A stretch of 64,000 nucleotides of DNA from Mobula birostris (Eukaryota), in NCBI RefSeq assembly GCF_030028105.1, contig NC_092391.1:41947223-42011222 (forward strand), in the 5' to 3' direction. Each line of letters begins with the position of its first letter. The first letter of the stretch is position 1. The notes beneath the pieces were generated by a model. That model made no database searches and had not been told where the DNA came from. It saw only the letters and a program-made list of their open reading frames with translations. A program made the translations under genes and the position numbers. Positions 42,356-56,700 of this stretch are shown here, one piece after another.

Positions 42356-44456
42356 TTTAGAAAGATTTAGAAGAATATGGGCAAATGAAACTAGCTTAGA
42401 TGGGCATTTTGGTTGGCATAAACTTCAGAAACGAAGGGTGACCAGAGCACTATGGCTGGAAGTATCTCAAAATAAAGCAACTGCAGATGTTTGCAATCTG
42501 AAATAAAGCAGAAAACGCTGGAAGTACCCGGCATCTCAGACCGTATGTGTAGAAAAACAAAGAGTTAAAGTATGAGGTGGAAAAATATCCTTCAACAGAA
42601 TCTTCCCTGTAATTTAAAACTAACCTGTTTTTCCCCCTTTTCCAGTTGCGATGAAAGATGTTTTACCTGAAACATTAACCCTGTTTCTGCCTGATCGGTT
42701 GAGTGTTTCCAGCATTTCCTATTTGTATGACCAGTGGAGTTTGATACAATTCAATCCCTTGCTCCTAGTTGTTCGAATTAAAGATGTGGATCTAAATGTT
42801 GGGGGTAGGAGGATGTATGATGAAGAAGATAGCAGATGATGCCAAAATTGGCTGCATGGTTGACCAGGAGGACAAAAGTCCTAGACTGTAGGAAAATTCG
42901 GATCATTTAGTCAGTCGGCAAAAGCATGGCAAATAAAATTTACTGTGGAGAATCGTGGGGTAATGCATTTGTGGAAATATCACAAGGCAAAGGAATATAC
43001 AATAGTGAGGGGGTATGGAGTGCTGTGAAGCAACTGATAGCTACGATATTTTAAAAGTAAAGGAAGGGTGATCAAAGCACATAGAGTATGTTTTATTTTA
43101 TTGCTAAATAGTTTTGCTCAACAGTTAAAAGGCACACAAGAGTGCTTTCCTTAATTAGCTGAAGCACAGTATGTAAAAGCAGGTGGGTTATCACGGCTTG
43201 GGTATGGCATGGAACAACTGGTTATTGTGTTAGGGTTGTACGTGGGCAGAAGGAATAGGGACCAGTGACCGTTTAGGTCAGTGAATCGGCAAGACCAGAG
43301 TTCAAGGCCTAGTGTTCAGGGTCCTGATACTGATGAGTCTACAGTTTGAGACCTAGTGTTTGGCAATCGGCTAGTCCTGTGATCAATTCCAAAGACCGAA
43401 GATCAATCAGAAGTCCGGAAGTTGAGGCCCGGTGGCTGGAACAAATCTCTGGAAGTCTGCTGGGGAAGTTCAATGTCCGCGAGTTCAAGTCCGCTGGAGG
43501 CTGAAGACATCCTGTCCTGAGTTTGGAGGACTGTGTATGTGCGTGGTCAGTGAGTGGGAGGGAGGGACTTGGTCATATGTGCCCGGTTGGTGGGTGGGAG
43601 GGGAGGAATGAGACTTGTTTTGCTGGTGTTGCTTTATCACTTGATACATTCTGCTTTAATTTGTACTCAGTGTTGTTCTGCTGAGCATTGCGGGCATACT
43701 GTATTATGTTGGCTCTGGAGTGTATGGCAAGCCTTCTTCCCCTGCCCCCCCCAGCACAACCTTAGGCATGTTGGTTGTGAATGCAAATAACATATTTCAC
43801 TGTAAGTTTCCCTGTACAGGTGATAAATAGGTCTGAATCTTGAATCTTAAAGTTGTGATTTCACTGGAATTCACGAGAGCGCGGAAGTGATTTGCAAGGA
43901 TACTGTCAGGACTGGAAGTTTATAGTTATGAATAAAGTATAACCAATGTCTATTTTGTTTGGAAGGGAGAGAGGGGACATATGTTGATGAAGAAGAGATT
44001 CCACAGATGTTGGAAATCCAGAGCGACAACACACACAAAATGCTGGAGCAACTCAGCAGGTCAGGCAGCATCTATGAAGACGGATAAACAGTTGACGTTT
44101 CCAGCCAAGAACGTTTATCAATACTTAATACCAGTGAAACCTTGTAACTTGGACCACACTAACAATATAACCTATAACTGAATTGTGACAACGGAGCTCT
44201 GAATCAGGTGCTTGCAGATAAGGACTAAGTTGGGTAGTTTTTTTTGACGTGATGGGACAGATGGCCTCCTGCCTAGTAAATTTTCTGTGATTCTATGCTC
44301 CTGTGATTTTCTGGTTGCAGTTGGCAGATAAAGATCGCGCTGTTTCGGATTGTTTTGTGTAACATAAGGGAAATGCCTTGAAATACTCAGCAGCTAATAC
44401 CGCAGCATCTGTGGAGGGTATTTCCAGTAATTGTTTTAGATTCCCAGTGCCTACAG

Positions 44457-44510
44457 CAGGGGTTCCTAACGTTTTTTATGCCATGGACCAATGCCATTAA
44501 AGCGAGGGGT
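44457..44510 (+). mobile_element. Truncated hAT-type MITE end abutting the LRSAM1 CpG island
   Basis: CAGGGGTTCCTAAC.. terminus resembles the Charlie TIR at 9338/13583. Confidence 0.45.
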
Positions 44511-44695
44511 GGTGGGCAGCAGAACAACGCGGTCCCACTGAGAGTTCGGGCGGTCCGCCGCACCTCCCTCTCCGCCCGCTGGAGGGCGAGGCCGCTCTTG
44601 TCCTCCGCTGGCTACTTGTCGGCGTTGGAGGAGCTGCGGGAGTCGGAAGGCGGAGCCGTGGTGCTGCAGTGGGAAGAGGCGCCCAGGGCCCCGAG
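44500..44695 (+). promoter_or_regulatory. CpG island / probable LRSAM1 promoter and 5'UTR
   Basis: Abrupt GC/CpG-rich tract with GGGCGG and CCGCCC boxes directly upstream of the ATG. Confidence 0.6.
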
Positions 44696-44767
44696 ATGAT
44701 GCTCTTCTCCCGGCGAAAGAAGCAGAATGAAGGGGCGCGGAAGCGCCTGGAATATCAGATGTGTCTG
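44696..44767 (+). CDS. LRSAM1: LRSAM1 coding exon 1
   Basis: ..ARKRLEYQMCL|gtgagc. Confidence 0.95.
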
Positions 44768-47700
44768 GTGAGCAACGCAGCGGGGCCCACCCCCGGTCTG
44801 TCTCCCCGCTGTTTCCGCATCACTTTACCCCCCCCCCCCATCCTTCCCTGGGAAGTTTGCTCCGGGGGGAGGAGGTGGCTGCGCTTCCCTACCCCCCCCC
44901 CCGTTTCCCTAACGCTTAATCCCCATTAAATGTCTCCGATCTCCTCCCTGACAACAACCTGTGAACTTTCTTCGTTTCTCGAGCGAGGGAACTCTTCCCT
45001 CAAAACAAGACCAGGCGCCGGCTGTAATGGGGAGTAACGGCATATACTGTATTAGGTTGGATTGCGATAGTGGCCGCGGCAGGACTTTTGACGGGCAAGC
45101 GGTTTCCTGTCCACTTTTCTGATCGGGCTGCAAATTTAAATTCATACGTGTCAACTAACCTCATCTGCCAGTCGCCTTCTGTGGTGCCGTGGTTGCAAAT
45201 TACTCTCAGTATGAGGGAGGTTTACACACCCCGACTGCAGGAGTAATACAGGGCAACCAGCGTTTACCAGTTCAGCCATGGGTTTCTTCATTCTTCAACA
45301 TTCAGCCTTTGACAGTGCTCAGGCTGTGTGCAGGATTTCTCACTGTTTGCCTGATTGGTAATAATTATATCATTGTCCATTATTGCAGCAACACTATACG
45401 GAATGTATAGATTAAAATAATTCTGGTTATTTACTTCCAACGGGGTCGAGTGCTGCTGAGATACATGCTAGGATGCACTGGGATGCATCATCGGTGATGT
45501 AACCTGGAGTGATGGGTGTTTTCGGGTTCACTCTCGCCCAGCCGACCCAGCCAGGGTTGATCAGGTCCTGGCTGGTGTCCAAGCAGCCTCTGTGATGGTT
45601 CTGATCTTTTCTTTACAGCCCCTCTCATCCCTGTAGTGCCAAGGAGGGAGTAGGTTCTGCCCACCCAGCAGCCAACAAGACCTCTATGCCCCACCTCACA
45701 CTGTGCCCTCCACCGCTGCCTCTGGCACTGCTCTTCCTGGTGAAGTGACTGAGGCATCGTAGTGCATTCCAGAAGCCCAACCCAGTCTGAGTTTTTAAAA
45801 AAGACACCTACCTCTGACGTCTCCTAAACTTTCCTCCACTCACCATGCTTCATCAACGTTTGAGGAACAATCTTCGTGTCATGTGCTAGCATTTGGTAGT
45901 TTGCAAGATGGGCAAAATTTGAATATGCTCAAGATATAACACATTTCTTCCCACTTCAACAGGCCCGAGAAGCCGGTGCAGATGACATCCTGGACATTTC
46001 AAAGTGTGAGCTGTCTGAGGTAAGCTGTCACCATAATCAGCCCTTGTGGTTGGAACTGCTGGTTCCATTAGACAACTAGGCACTGACCAGTGATTTGGGA
46101 TTGTGTTCAAGAGCCGAGAGGTAATGTTGCAGCTAGAAAGGACCCTGGTCAGACCCCACTTGGAATACTGTGCTCAGTTCTGGTTGCCTCACTACAGAAA
46201 GGATGTGGAAACTATGGAAAGAGTGCAGAGGAGATTTACAAGGATGTTGCCTGGACTGACGGAGGATGAGAGGTGACCTGATAGAGGTGTATAAGATGAT
46301 GAGAGGCATTGATCGTGTGGCTAGTCAGAGGCCTTTTCCCAGGGCTGAAATGGCTAGCACGAGAGGGCACAGTTTTAAGGTGCTTGGAAGCAGATACAGA
46401 GGGGATGTCAGGGGTAAGTTTTTTACACAGAGGGTGGTGAGTGCGTGGAATGGGCTGCCGGTGACGGTGGTGGAGGGGGAAACGATAGGGTCTTTTAAGA
46501 GACTCCTGGATAGCTACATGGAGCTTAGAAAAATAGAGGGCTGTGGGTAAGCCTAGGTAATTTCTAAAGTAAGTACATGTTCGGTATAGCATTGTTTGCC
46601 AAAGGGCCTGTATTGTGCTGGAGGCTTTCTATGTTTCTGTGACCCTCCACGTTGGTGGGGTTGCATTAATACACAGTCTACTCAATTCTCTAGGAAAAAC
46701 TTGCCTTTCAATGGTTTCATCCATTAGACTTATCACACATAGTGCTCCTGCAAAAAGTGGTTTGATTTATAAGCAGTTCACTTGATTATCAGGTTACTTG
46801 AAGATAAATTTTGTTGAGACAATTTTCCTGCGCTTTGTTGAGTAGTGACACGGAATCCTTTCCATTCACCTGGGAGAACAGAAAAGAACCTCAGCTTAAA
46901 ATCTTAATTGCTTGGAAAGAAACATAGAAACATAGAAAATAGGTTCAGGAGTATGCCATTCAGCCCTTCGAGCCTGCACCGCCATTCAGTATGATCATGG
47001 CTGATCATCCAACTCAGAACCCTGTACCAGCCTTCCCTCCATACCCCCTGATCCCTTTAGCCACAAGGGCCATATCTAACTTCCTCTTAAATATAGCCAA
47101 TGAACTGGCCTCAACTGTTTCCTGTGGCAGAGAATTCCACAGATTCACCACTCTCTGTGTGAAGCAACACACATCAAAGTTGCTGGTGAACGCAGCAGGC
47201 CAGGCAGCATCTCTAGGAAGAGGTACAGTGGACGTTTCAGGCCGAGACCCTTTGTCAGGAGTCCTGATGAAGGGTCTCGGCCTGAAATGTCGACTGTATC
47301 GCTTCCTAGAGATGCTGCCTGGCCTGCTGCGTTCACCAGCAACTTTGATGTGTGTTGCTTGAATTTCCAGCATCTGCAGAATTCCTGTTGTTTACTATCT
47401 GTGTGAAGAAGTTTTTCCTAATCTCGGTCCTAAAAGGCTTCCCCTTTATCCTTAAACTGTGACCCCTCGTTCTGGACTTCCCCAACATCGGGAACAATCT
47501 TCCTGCACCTAGCCTGTCCAATCTCTTTGCAGTTTTATACATTTCAATAAGATCCCCCTTCAACCTTCTAAATTCCAGAGGAGTATGAGCCTGGTCGATC
47601 CAGTCTTTCATCATATGAAAGCCCTGCCATCCCAGGAATCGATCTGGTGAACCTTCTTTGTACTCCCTCTATGGCAAGAATGTCTTTCCTCAGATTAGGG

Positions 47701-50700
47701 GACCAAAACTGCACACAATACTCCAGGTGTGGTCTCGCCAAGGCCTTGTACACCTGCAGTAGAACCTCCCTGCTCCTGTACTGGTATCCTCTTGCTATGA
47801 ATGCCAGCATACCATTTGCCTTTTTCACCGCCTGCTGTACCTGCATGCCCACTTTCAATGACTGGTGTACAATGACACCCAGGTCTTGTTGCACCTCCCC
47901 TTTTCGTAATCGGCCACCAGTCAGATAATAATCTGTTTTCCTGTTCTTGCCACCAAAGTGGATAACCTCACATTTATCCACATTAAATTGCATCTGCCAT
48001 GAATTTGCCCACTCACCTAACCTATCCAAGTCACCTTGCATCCTCTTAGCATCCTCCTCACAGCTAACACTGCCGCCCAGCTTCGTGTCAACCGCAAACT
48101 TGGAGATGCTGCATTTAATTCCCTCATCTAAGTCATTAATATATATTGTAAACAACTGGGGTCCCAGCATTGAGCCTTGCGGTACCCCACTAGTCACTGC
48201 CTGCCATTCTGAAAAGGTCCCATTTATTCCCACTCTTTGCTTCCTGTCTGCCAACCAATTCTCTATCCACATCAATACCATACCCCCAATACCGTGTGCT
48301 TTAAGTTTGCACAGTAATCATCTGTGTGGGACCTTGTCAAAAGCCTTTTGAAAATCCAAATATACCACATCCACTGGTTCTCCCCTATCCACTCTACTAG
48401 TTACCTCCTTAAAAAATTCTATGAGATTCATCAGACATGATTTTCCTTTCACAAATCCATGCCGACTTTGTCCGATGATTTTACGCTTTCTAAATGTGCT
48501 GTTATCACATCTTTGATAACTGACTCTAGCATTTTCCCCATCACTGATGTCAAGCTAACCGGTCTATAATTCCCCGGTTTCTCTCTCACTCCTTTTTTAA
48601 AAAGTGGGGTTACATTCCACCCTCCAATCCTCAGGAACTTATCCAGAATCTAAAGAGTTTTGAAAAATTATCACTAATTACCACTATTTCTTGGGCTGCT
48701 TCCTTAAGCACTCTGGGATGCAGACCATCTGGCCCTGGGGATTTATCTGCCTTTAATCCCTTCAATTTACCTAATACCACTTCCCTACTAACAGGTATTT
48801 CCCTCAGTTCCTCCATCTCACTAGACCCTTGGTCCCCTACTATTTCCGAAAGATTATCTATGTCCTCCTTAGTGAAGACAGAACCAAAGTAATTATTCAA
48901 TTGGTCTGCCATGTCCTTGTTGCCCATGATCAATTCACCTGTGTCTGACTGTAAGGGACCTACATTTGTCTTAACCAATCTTTTTCTTTTCACATATCTA
49001 TGAAAGCTTTTACAGTCAGTTTTTATGTTCCCTGCCAGCTTTCTCTCATAATCTTTTTTTCCCTTTCCTAATTAAGCCCTTTGTCCTCCTCTGCTGGACT
49101 CTGAATTTCTCCCAGTCCTCAGGTGTGCTGCTTTTTCTGGCTAATTTGTACATTTCTTCTTTGGAATTGATACTACCCCTGATTTCCCTTGTCAGCCACG
49201 GGTGCACTACCTTCCCTGGTTTATTCTTTTGCCAAACTGGGATAAACAATTGTTGTAGTTCATCCATGCAATCTTTAAATGCTTGCCATTGCATATCCAC
49301 CGAAAGATGGCATCTCCTGCCTCTTCTTGCAGCAACACCATACAATGAGTGTCAGCTTGAGTGGCAGAATGAGGGTTGACCCATAGCTCCCTGAATCAGA
49401 GGCAAGAAGTGGGGTCAGGATTACCACCATTGAGGCGGGACTGGCACTGAGGCCATCTTGAGTGAGTAGTCTCCTTCAAAACAGACTCTCAAGTGTAGGT
49501 CTGCTTGAAAGGAAGCTGAGATGTAGCAGTTGCAGCTGAACAGAGATTTGGCATGTATTGTAATGGATAAGATGAGATGATAAGCCAGATATAGAAATTA
49601 CAAGGTGTCTGTAGCAGCCGGGTAACTATACTCTAGATATAGAACTAACAAGGAATCTGTAGGACTCTTTCTCTTGAGCTCTTTTTCTGTCCCTCCTGCA
49701 GACCACTGCAAGTTTGGAGTAAAATATTGAAGATAAGGCAGAGTTTCATCACTGGGGTGGCCTGGTAGTACAGTGGTTAGCACGACGCTTTACAGTACAG
49801 GCGACCGGCGTTCAATTCCCACCGCCACCTGTAAGGAATCACAAATAGAAGAAAGCCTGCAAATGCTGGAAATCCGAGCAATACATGGAAGGGTTTTGGA
49901 CCGAAAAGTCGACTGTACTCTTTTCTGCAGGTGCTGCCTGGCCTGCTGAGTTCCTCCAGCATTTTGTGTGTGTTGCTGCCTGTAAGGTGTTTTTACATTT
50001 GCCCCGTGACCACGTGGGTCTCTTTCGGGTGCTTCAGTTTCCTCCCACAGTCCAAAGACCTACCGGTTGGTAGGTTAATTGTTCATTGTAAATTGTCCCA
50101 TGATTAGTCTGGGATTAAACTGGGGGAGGGCTGGGTGACACAGCTGGAAGGGCCGGAGGGGCCTATTCTGCACTGTATTTCAATAAACAAATGAAATGTA
50201 GATAAACGTAGTTTTCTTGCTCTAATCAGCTGCTGGGAGCTTCAGTTAAACGTAAATCTACAGTCAAAGCACAATCTTCAGCTGCCAGCACTGGTTGGCC
50301 AACAGCAGAATGAATTGCAGCTGATTTGCATGGTCTGATCAGTGCATAATATATTTTTAATGTTAATTGAATGGGATTCTGCAGTAATACCATTTGTTTT
50401 TCAATGTTGTGTTGCCAGATTCCAGCCAGTGTCTTTTCCATGTGCAGAGTCCTGCAGAAGAAGGTAAGACTTTCTGCATGCATTCGCTTTCTTGCACCCG
50501 ATGCCTGTGAATGCCCTGCTCTCAGCCCACACCGGTACCTGCTCTTCCCCCACTCTGGTACCTACTCTTCACGTCTCTTCCTGTATGCAAGGTCTCCTTC
50601 TCCTCTTTACTTCATGCTCCTATTTTTACATATTCTTCCTTACTTCTACTCCAGTGTCAAAAATTATATGCATATCTATATAACATATTGGCTATTGCCT

Positions 50701-53700
50701 TTGTCAAATGGCCCTATTTGTCAGTGACAATGAATGTCAAATGACTGGGCCATTTTTTGCCCAGTCACAGCAAATGTGTTGATGCCAATCTCCGTGGCTG
50801 CACAGCCATGCCCAATTGCTGCTCTTTATTTGTTTATTCTTCTTGCATTCTATTGTAACTTCAGCATAGTAAATCGTCCTCAGCTGGCGGAGTAATCTAA
50901 AGCCGTGATTTAAGATGTCAGCTCTGAACAAGCTGAATTGGCAACGGTATTGGGTGATGTTCTGAAGGCGGAAGTCAATGTGATGCATTAACCTTTTGGT
51001 GTCCATGTGCAATTCTGGTCATTGAATTTTAGGTGGTCATTGACAGTATTCTACCAGGTTTGTACCTTACTGACTATTGCCCAGTAGCACATATTACAGT
51101 GATGAAGTGTTTTGAGAGGTTGATGATAAAACACATCATTTCCTGCCTGAGAAACAACTTGGATCTGCTCCAGTTTGCCTTCCGGAGCAATAGATCCACA
51201 GCAGGTGCCATCTCATTGGCTCTTCAATCAACCCTGGAACATCTGGACAGCAAAGATGTGTACATCAGGATGTTCTTTATCGACTACAGCTCAGCGTTCA
51301 ATACCATCATCCCCTCAAAAGTAATCAATAAGCTCCAAGACCTTGGCCTCAATAGCTTCTTGTGCAATTGGGTCCTGGATTTCCTCACTTGCAGACCTCT
51401 GTCAGTTTGGATTGGCAACAACATCTCCTCCAAGGTCTCCATCAGGCACAGCTGCACCACGAGGCTGTGTATCTAACCCCGTGATCTACTCACTTTACAC
51501 CCACTACTGTGTGGCTAAGCACAGCTCCAACGCCATATTCAAGTTTGCTGATGACACCACTGTCATTCGCTAAATCAAAGGTGGTGACAAATCAGCATAT
51601 AGGAGGAAGATGGAAATCTGACTGAGTGGTGCCACAACACCAACATCTTACTCAGTGTCAGCAGGATCAAGGAGCTGATTATTGACTTTAGGAGGAGGAA
51701 ACCAGGGATCCATGAGCCAGTCCTCCTCAGAGGTGGAGAGGTTGGCAACTTTAGATTCCTAGTTGTTGTTATTTTGGAGGACCTGTTCTGGGCCCACCTC
51801 GTAAGTGCAATTACAAAGAAAGCGTGGCAGTGCCTCTACTTCCCTTAGGAGTTTGTGGAGGTTTGGCATGACATCTAAAACTTTGACAAACTTCTATAGA
51901 TGTGTGTTGGGGGGTATATTGACTGGCGGCATCACAGCCTGGTATGGATACACCAATGCCCTTGAATGGAGAATCCTACAAAATGTAGTGGATATGTCTC
52001 AGTCCATCACGGCTAGAGCCCTCCAAACTATTGAACACATCTGAATGAAACACTGTTGCAGGAAACCAGTATCCATCATCAGATACCCCCCACCATACAG
52101 GACATGCCTTGAGTGAAATGGATCAGTCAGGATGAAATGGCAGAGCAGACTTGACAGACTAAATTGCCTAATTCTGCTTCTATATCTCGTAGTCTTATGG
52201 TCGTCTTGCTGCTGCAATCAGGGAGAAGGTACAAGGGCCTCAGGACTCACACAACCATGTTCAGGAACAGGCTCTTGAACCAAAGGGGATAACTTCACTC
52301 CACTTCACTTGCCCCATCACTGAAATTTTCCCACAATCAATGGACTCACTTTCAAGGACTCTTCATCTCATGTTCTCAGTATTTATTGCTTATTTATTTA
52401 TTTATTATTACTATTTCTTCTTTTTGTATTTGCACAGTTTGTTGTCTTCTGCACTCTGGTCGAACGCCCTAATTGGAAGGTCTTTCATTGATTCTGTTAT
52501 GGTTATTATTCTATAGATTTATTAGGTAAGCCCACAAGAAACTGAATCTCAGGGTTGTACGTGGTGATATATATGCACTTTGATAATAAAAGTTAAACTT
52601 TTGCCATAATTACTGTCCGGGCTGTCGCAAATATTTGCAACAGGAACATACAAACTATGCTTGTCTGACTCCCATATTCAGTGAAGACCACTGGGAGTTG
52701 GTTGACGTTGTGGGCAGATTGTCATCTCCTTGAAACAAAGCTTGTTAGCTGCTGCCCTTTATCTACGTACCTCGTGGCAGGGGATCACTGCTGTGGTACA
52801 ACGATTAGAACAACACCAAGAGTTGCGACTGTAGAAGTACGGCAGATGGATTCAGCAGCAGGCTCTCTGAAAGCTTTAGACCAAATGGACTGAAGCTCAT
52901 CTTGGGGCCAAAGTGGCAAATAATCTGATTCAGCTCAGGCAGAATAACAGAGTAAATGGCTAGATATCTTTGCCAGGCTGCAGTCTAGGAAATAGGAAGG
53001 GGAAGGTGGGGCAAGGACTGATCCCCAGACATCAGCGGTAGTCACTGCTGCTGGTTTTTTGGCTTTATGTTGTCGATAGTGTCGATGGGACGGCACAGTC
53101 ATGTAGTGGTTAGCGTGACGCTATTGTAGCGCGGACTATAAGATCAGGATTCAAGTCCCCCCGCTGTCTGTAAAGAGTCTGTACATTCTCTTCGTGACCA
53201 AGTGGGTTTCCTCCAGGTGCTCAAGTTTCCTCCCAAATTCCAAAGACGTACAGTTTGGATTTGTGAGTTGTGGGCAAGCTGTGTTGTCACTAGAAACGTG
53301 GCGACACCTGACGGCTTCGCTGATTTTGATTTGATACAAAACAATGCATTTCACTTTTTGCTTCGATATACATGTGGCAAATAAAGCTCACCTTTAAGAT
53401 CTTTTTGATGGAAAAATACAGAACCAAAAGAGTGAAGTGTGACGCAGCTGATGTCAGAGGGGATTGGTTGTGTAATCAATCATGAAAAAGGTTGCAGGTT
53501 AACAGAGGAAACGTGGTACATTAGTTACTTAGTAATAGCTATTTAGGCATCATGCCAGGGGCTGAAATCTGGAGAGATTCAGACAAAGAGAACCAACACA
53601 GAGGGTTCCAAACTGTTCACAGAATTTGGAGAAGAAAAGGAGAAGGTCAATGGGGCCTATTTTGGGGAAGAAATGGGATTTATTTTGAGGAACAGGCTAA

Positions 53701-56700
53701 TGGTGGCAGATGTAAAGAAGCTGAAAACTGTACTGAAGCAATATGAACAGTTCACATCGGAACCTAGCGAGGAGAGTCAGGTAGGGAAGTCTAGTCACCT
53801 CAGCGAGCCAATGGGGTGGGGTGGCCTCCAGTCTCAAGATAAACTTGGAGAGGGTGAAAACCAGAGAAAGATGGAAGTTCAGAACCAGGTAAAGGGTGAA
53901 CTTGCAAGTTCAACCCAATGAGTCGGAAGAACAGAGTGAAGTGGCCAGAGTGTTTCAGTTTTAACGATGAATTAGTTGATCTTCTTGACCTCTTTTGGGG
54001 AGATGATGGAGTACCCTGGAGGATCAGTGCTGGAAAGGGTAGTTGGAAGCAGAGGAAAGGTGAGATTTGTCCTGTAGTTGTGATCAGTTTGACATATCAA
54101 TGCAGAGCTCAATGCTCCTTAATGAGCACTACCAGTGAGCCGTGAAAGTAGGGTTTTTTTTGTCATCCTAATTTAATGCAGCTCTTTGGACTTGACGAAG
54201 TGGAGAAAGGCATTTGTCAAGGGGAACATCCAGGTGAGGGAAAGTAATGGGTTTGTTGCTAAACTTGGCATCAGATGTGAAAGTAAAGGTGATCATTGCA
54301 AATATGAACCTGGCAGTTGTATGGCCAAAGGTGTGATTTAAAAAAAATGCAATTGTGGGTGAATTTACAGCTTATTTTCTCAGTGAGATAGACAAAAGGA
54401 AGAGGGGTTTCAGGAGAAGACCATAAGACCATAAGACAAAGGAGCAGAAGTAGACCATTCGGCCCATCGAGTCTGCTCTGCCATTTTTATCATGAGCTGA
54501 TCCATTTTCTCCTATTTAGTCCCACTCCCCTGCCTTCTCACCATAACCTTTGATGCCCTGGCTACTCAGATACCTATCAATCTCTGCCTTAAATACACCC
54601 AATGACTTGGCCTCCACTGCTGCCCGTGGCAACAAATTCCATAGACTCACCACCCTCTGACTAAAAAAATTTCTTCGCATTTCTGTTCTGAAAGGGCGCC
54701 CTTCAATCCTTAAGTTGTGCCCTCTCATACTAGACTCCCCCATCATGGGAAACAACTTTGCCACATCCACTCTGTCCATGCCTTTTAACATTCGAAATGT
54801 TTCTATGAGGTCTCCCCTCATTCTTCTAAACTCCAAGGAATACAGTCCAAGAGCGGACAAACGTTCCTCATATGTTAACCCTCTCATTCCCGGAATCATT
54901 CTAGTGAATCTTCTCTGTACCCTCTCCAACGTCAGCACATCCTTTCTTAAATAAGGAGACCAAAACTGCACACAGTACTCCAAGTGAGGTCTCACCAGCA
55001 CCTTATAGAGCCTCAACGTCACATCCTTGCTCCTATACTATATTCCTCTAGAAATGAATGCCAACATTGCATTCGCCTTCTTCACTACTGACTCAACCTG
55101 GAGGTTAACTTTAAGGGTATCCTGTATGAGGACTCCCAAGTCCCGTTGCATCTCAGAACTTTGAATTCTTTCCCCATTTAAATAATAGTCTGCCAATTTA
55201 TTTTTTCTGCCAAAGTGCATAACCATACACTTTCCAACATTGTACTTCATTTGCCATTTCTCTGCCCATTCTTCCAATCTATCCAAGTCTCTCTGCAGAC
55301 TCTCCATTTCCTCAGCACTACTGGCCCCTCCACCTATCTTTGTATCGTCAGCAAACTTAGCCACAAAGCCATCTATTCCATAATCCAAATCGTTGATGTA
55401 CAATGTAAAAAGAAGCGGCCCCAACACTGATCCCTGCGGAACACCACTGGTAACCGGCAGCCAACCAGAATAGGATCCCTTTATTCCCACTCTCTGTTTC
55501 CTGCCAATCAGCCAACGCTCTATCCATATATGTAACTTTCCCGTAATTCCATGGGCTCTTATCTTGTTAAGTAGCCTCATGTGTGGCACCTTGTCAAAGG
55601 CCTTCTGAAAATCCAAATATACAACATCCACTGCATCTCCCTTGTCTAGCCTACTGGAAATTTCCTCAAAAAATTGTAATAGGTTTGTCAGGCAGGATTT
55701 TCCTTTAAGGAATCCATGCTGAGTTCTGCCTATCTTGTCATATGCCTCCAGGTACTCTGTAACCTCATCCTTGACAATTGACTCCAACAACTTCCCAACC
55801 ACGGATGTCAAGCTAACAGGTCTATAATTTCCTTTTTGCTTCCTTGCCCCCTTCTTAAATAGCGGAGTGACATTTGCAATCTTCCAGTCCTCCGGAACCA
55901 TGCCAGAATCTATCGACTTTTGAAAGATCATCGCTAATGCCTCCGCAATCTCCACAGCTACTTCCTTCAGAACACTAGGGTGTATTCCATCTGGTCCGGG
56001 AGATTTATCTACCTTTAGCCTATTCAGCTTCCTGAGTACTTTCTCTGTCGTAATTGTGACTGCGCACACTTCTCTTCCCTGCCACCCTTGAGTGTCCGGT
56101 ATACTGCTCTCGTCCTCAGTGAAGACTGATGCAAAATACTTGTTCAGTTCCTCTGCCATCTCCTCATCTCCCATTACAATTTCTCCAGTATCATTTTCTA
56201 TCGGTCCTATATCTACTGTCACCTGTCTTTTACTCTTTATATACTTGAAAAAGCTTTAGTATCTTCTTCGATATTATTTGCTAGCTTCCTTTCATAGTTA
56301 ATCTTTTCTCTGTTAATGAACTTCTTGGTTTCCTTTTGTAAGGTTTTAAAAACTTCCCAATCCTCTCTCTTCCCACTAATTTTTGCTTCCTTGTATGCCC
56401 TCTCTTTTGCTTTAACTTTGGCTTTGACTTCTCTTGTCAACCACGGTTGCATCCTTTTTCCACTCGAAAATTTCTTCTTTTTTGGAATATACCTGTCTTG
56501 CACATTCCTCATTTCTTGTATAAACTCCAGCCACTGCTGCTCTGCTGTCTTTCCCGCCAGTGTCTCTTTCCAGTCAACTTTGGCCAGTTCCTCTCTCATG
56601 CCACTGTAATTTCCTTTACTCCACTGAAATACCGACACATCAGATTTCGGCTTCTCTTTTTCTAATTTCACAGTGAACTCAATCATGTTATGATCACTGC

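Larger units (their letters stand above)
46918..49301 (-). mobile_element. CR1 LINE, 5'-truncated
   Basis: KSPGPDGLHPRVLKE, GVPQGSMLGP and RPHLEYCVQFWSP; (TTTCTATG)n tail. Confidence 0.93.

Noticed and set aside
49755-49826. tRNA genes (also ~53087, 24724, 25081)
   Set aside because: These are degenerate tRNA-derived SINE heads followed by the V-domain, with no complete cloverleaf.
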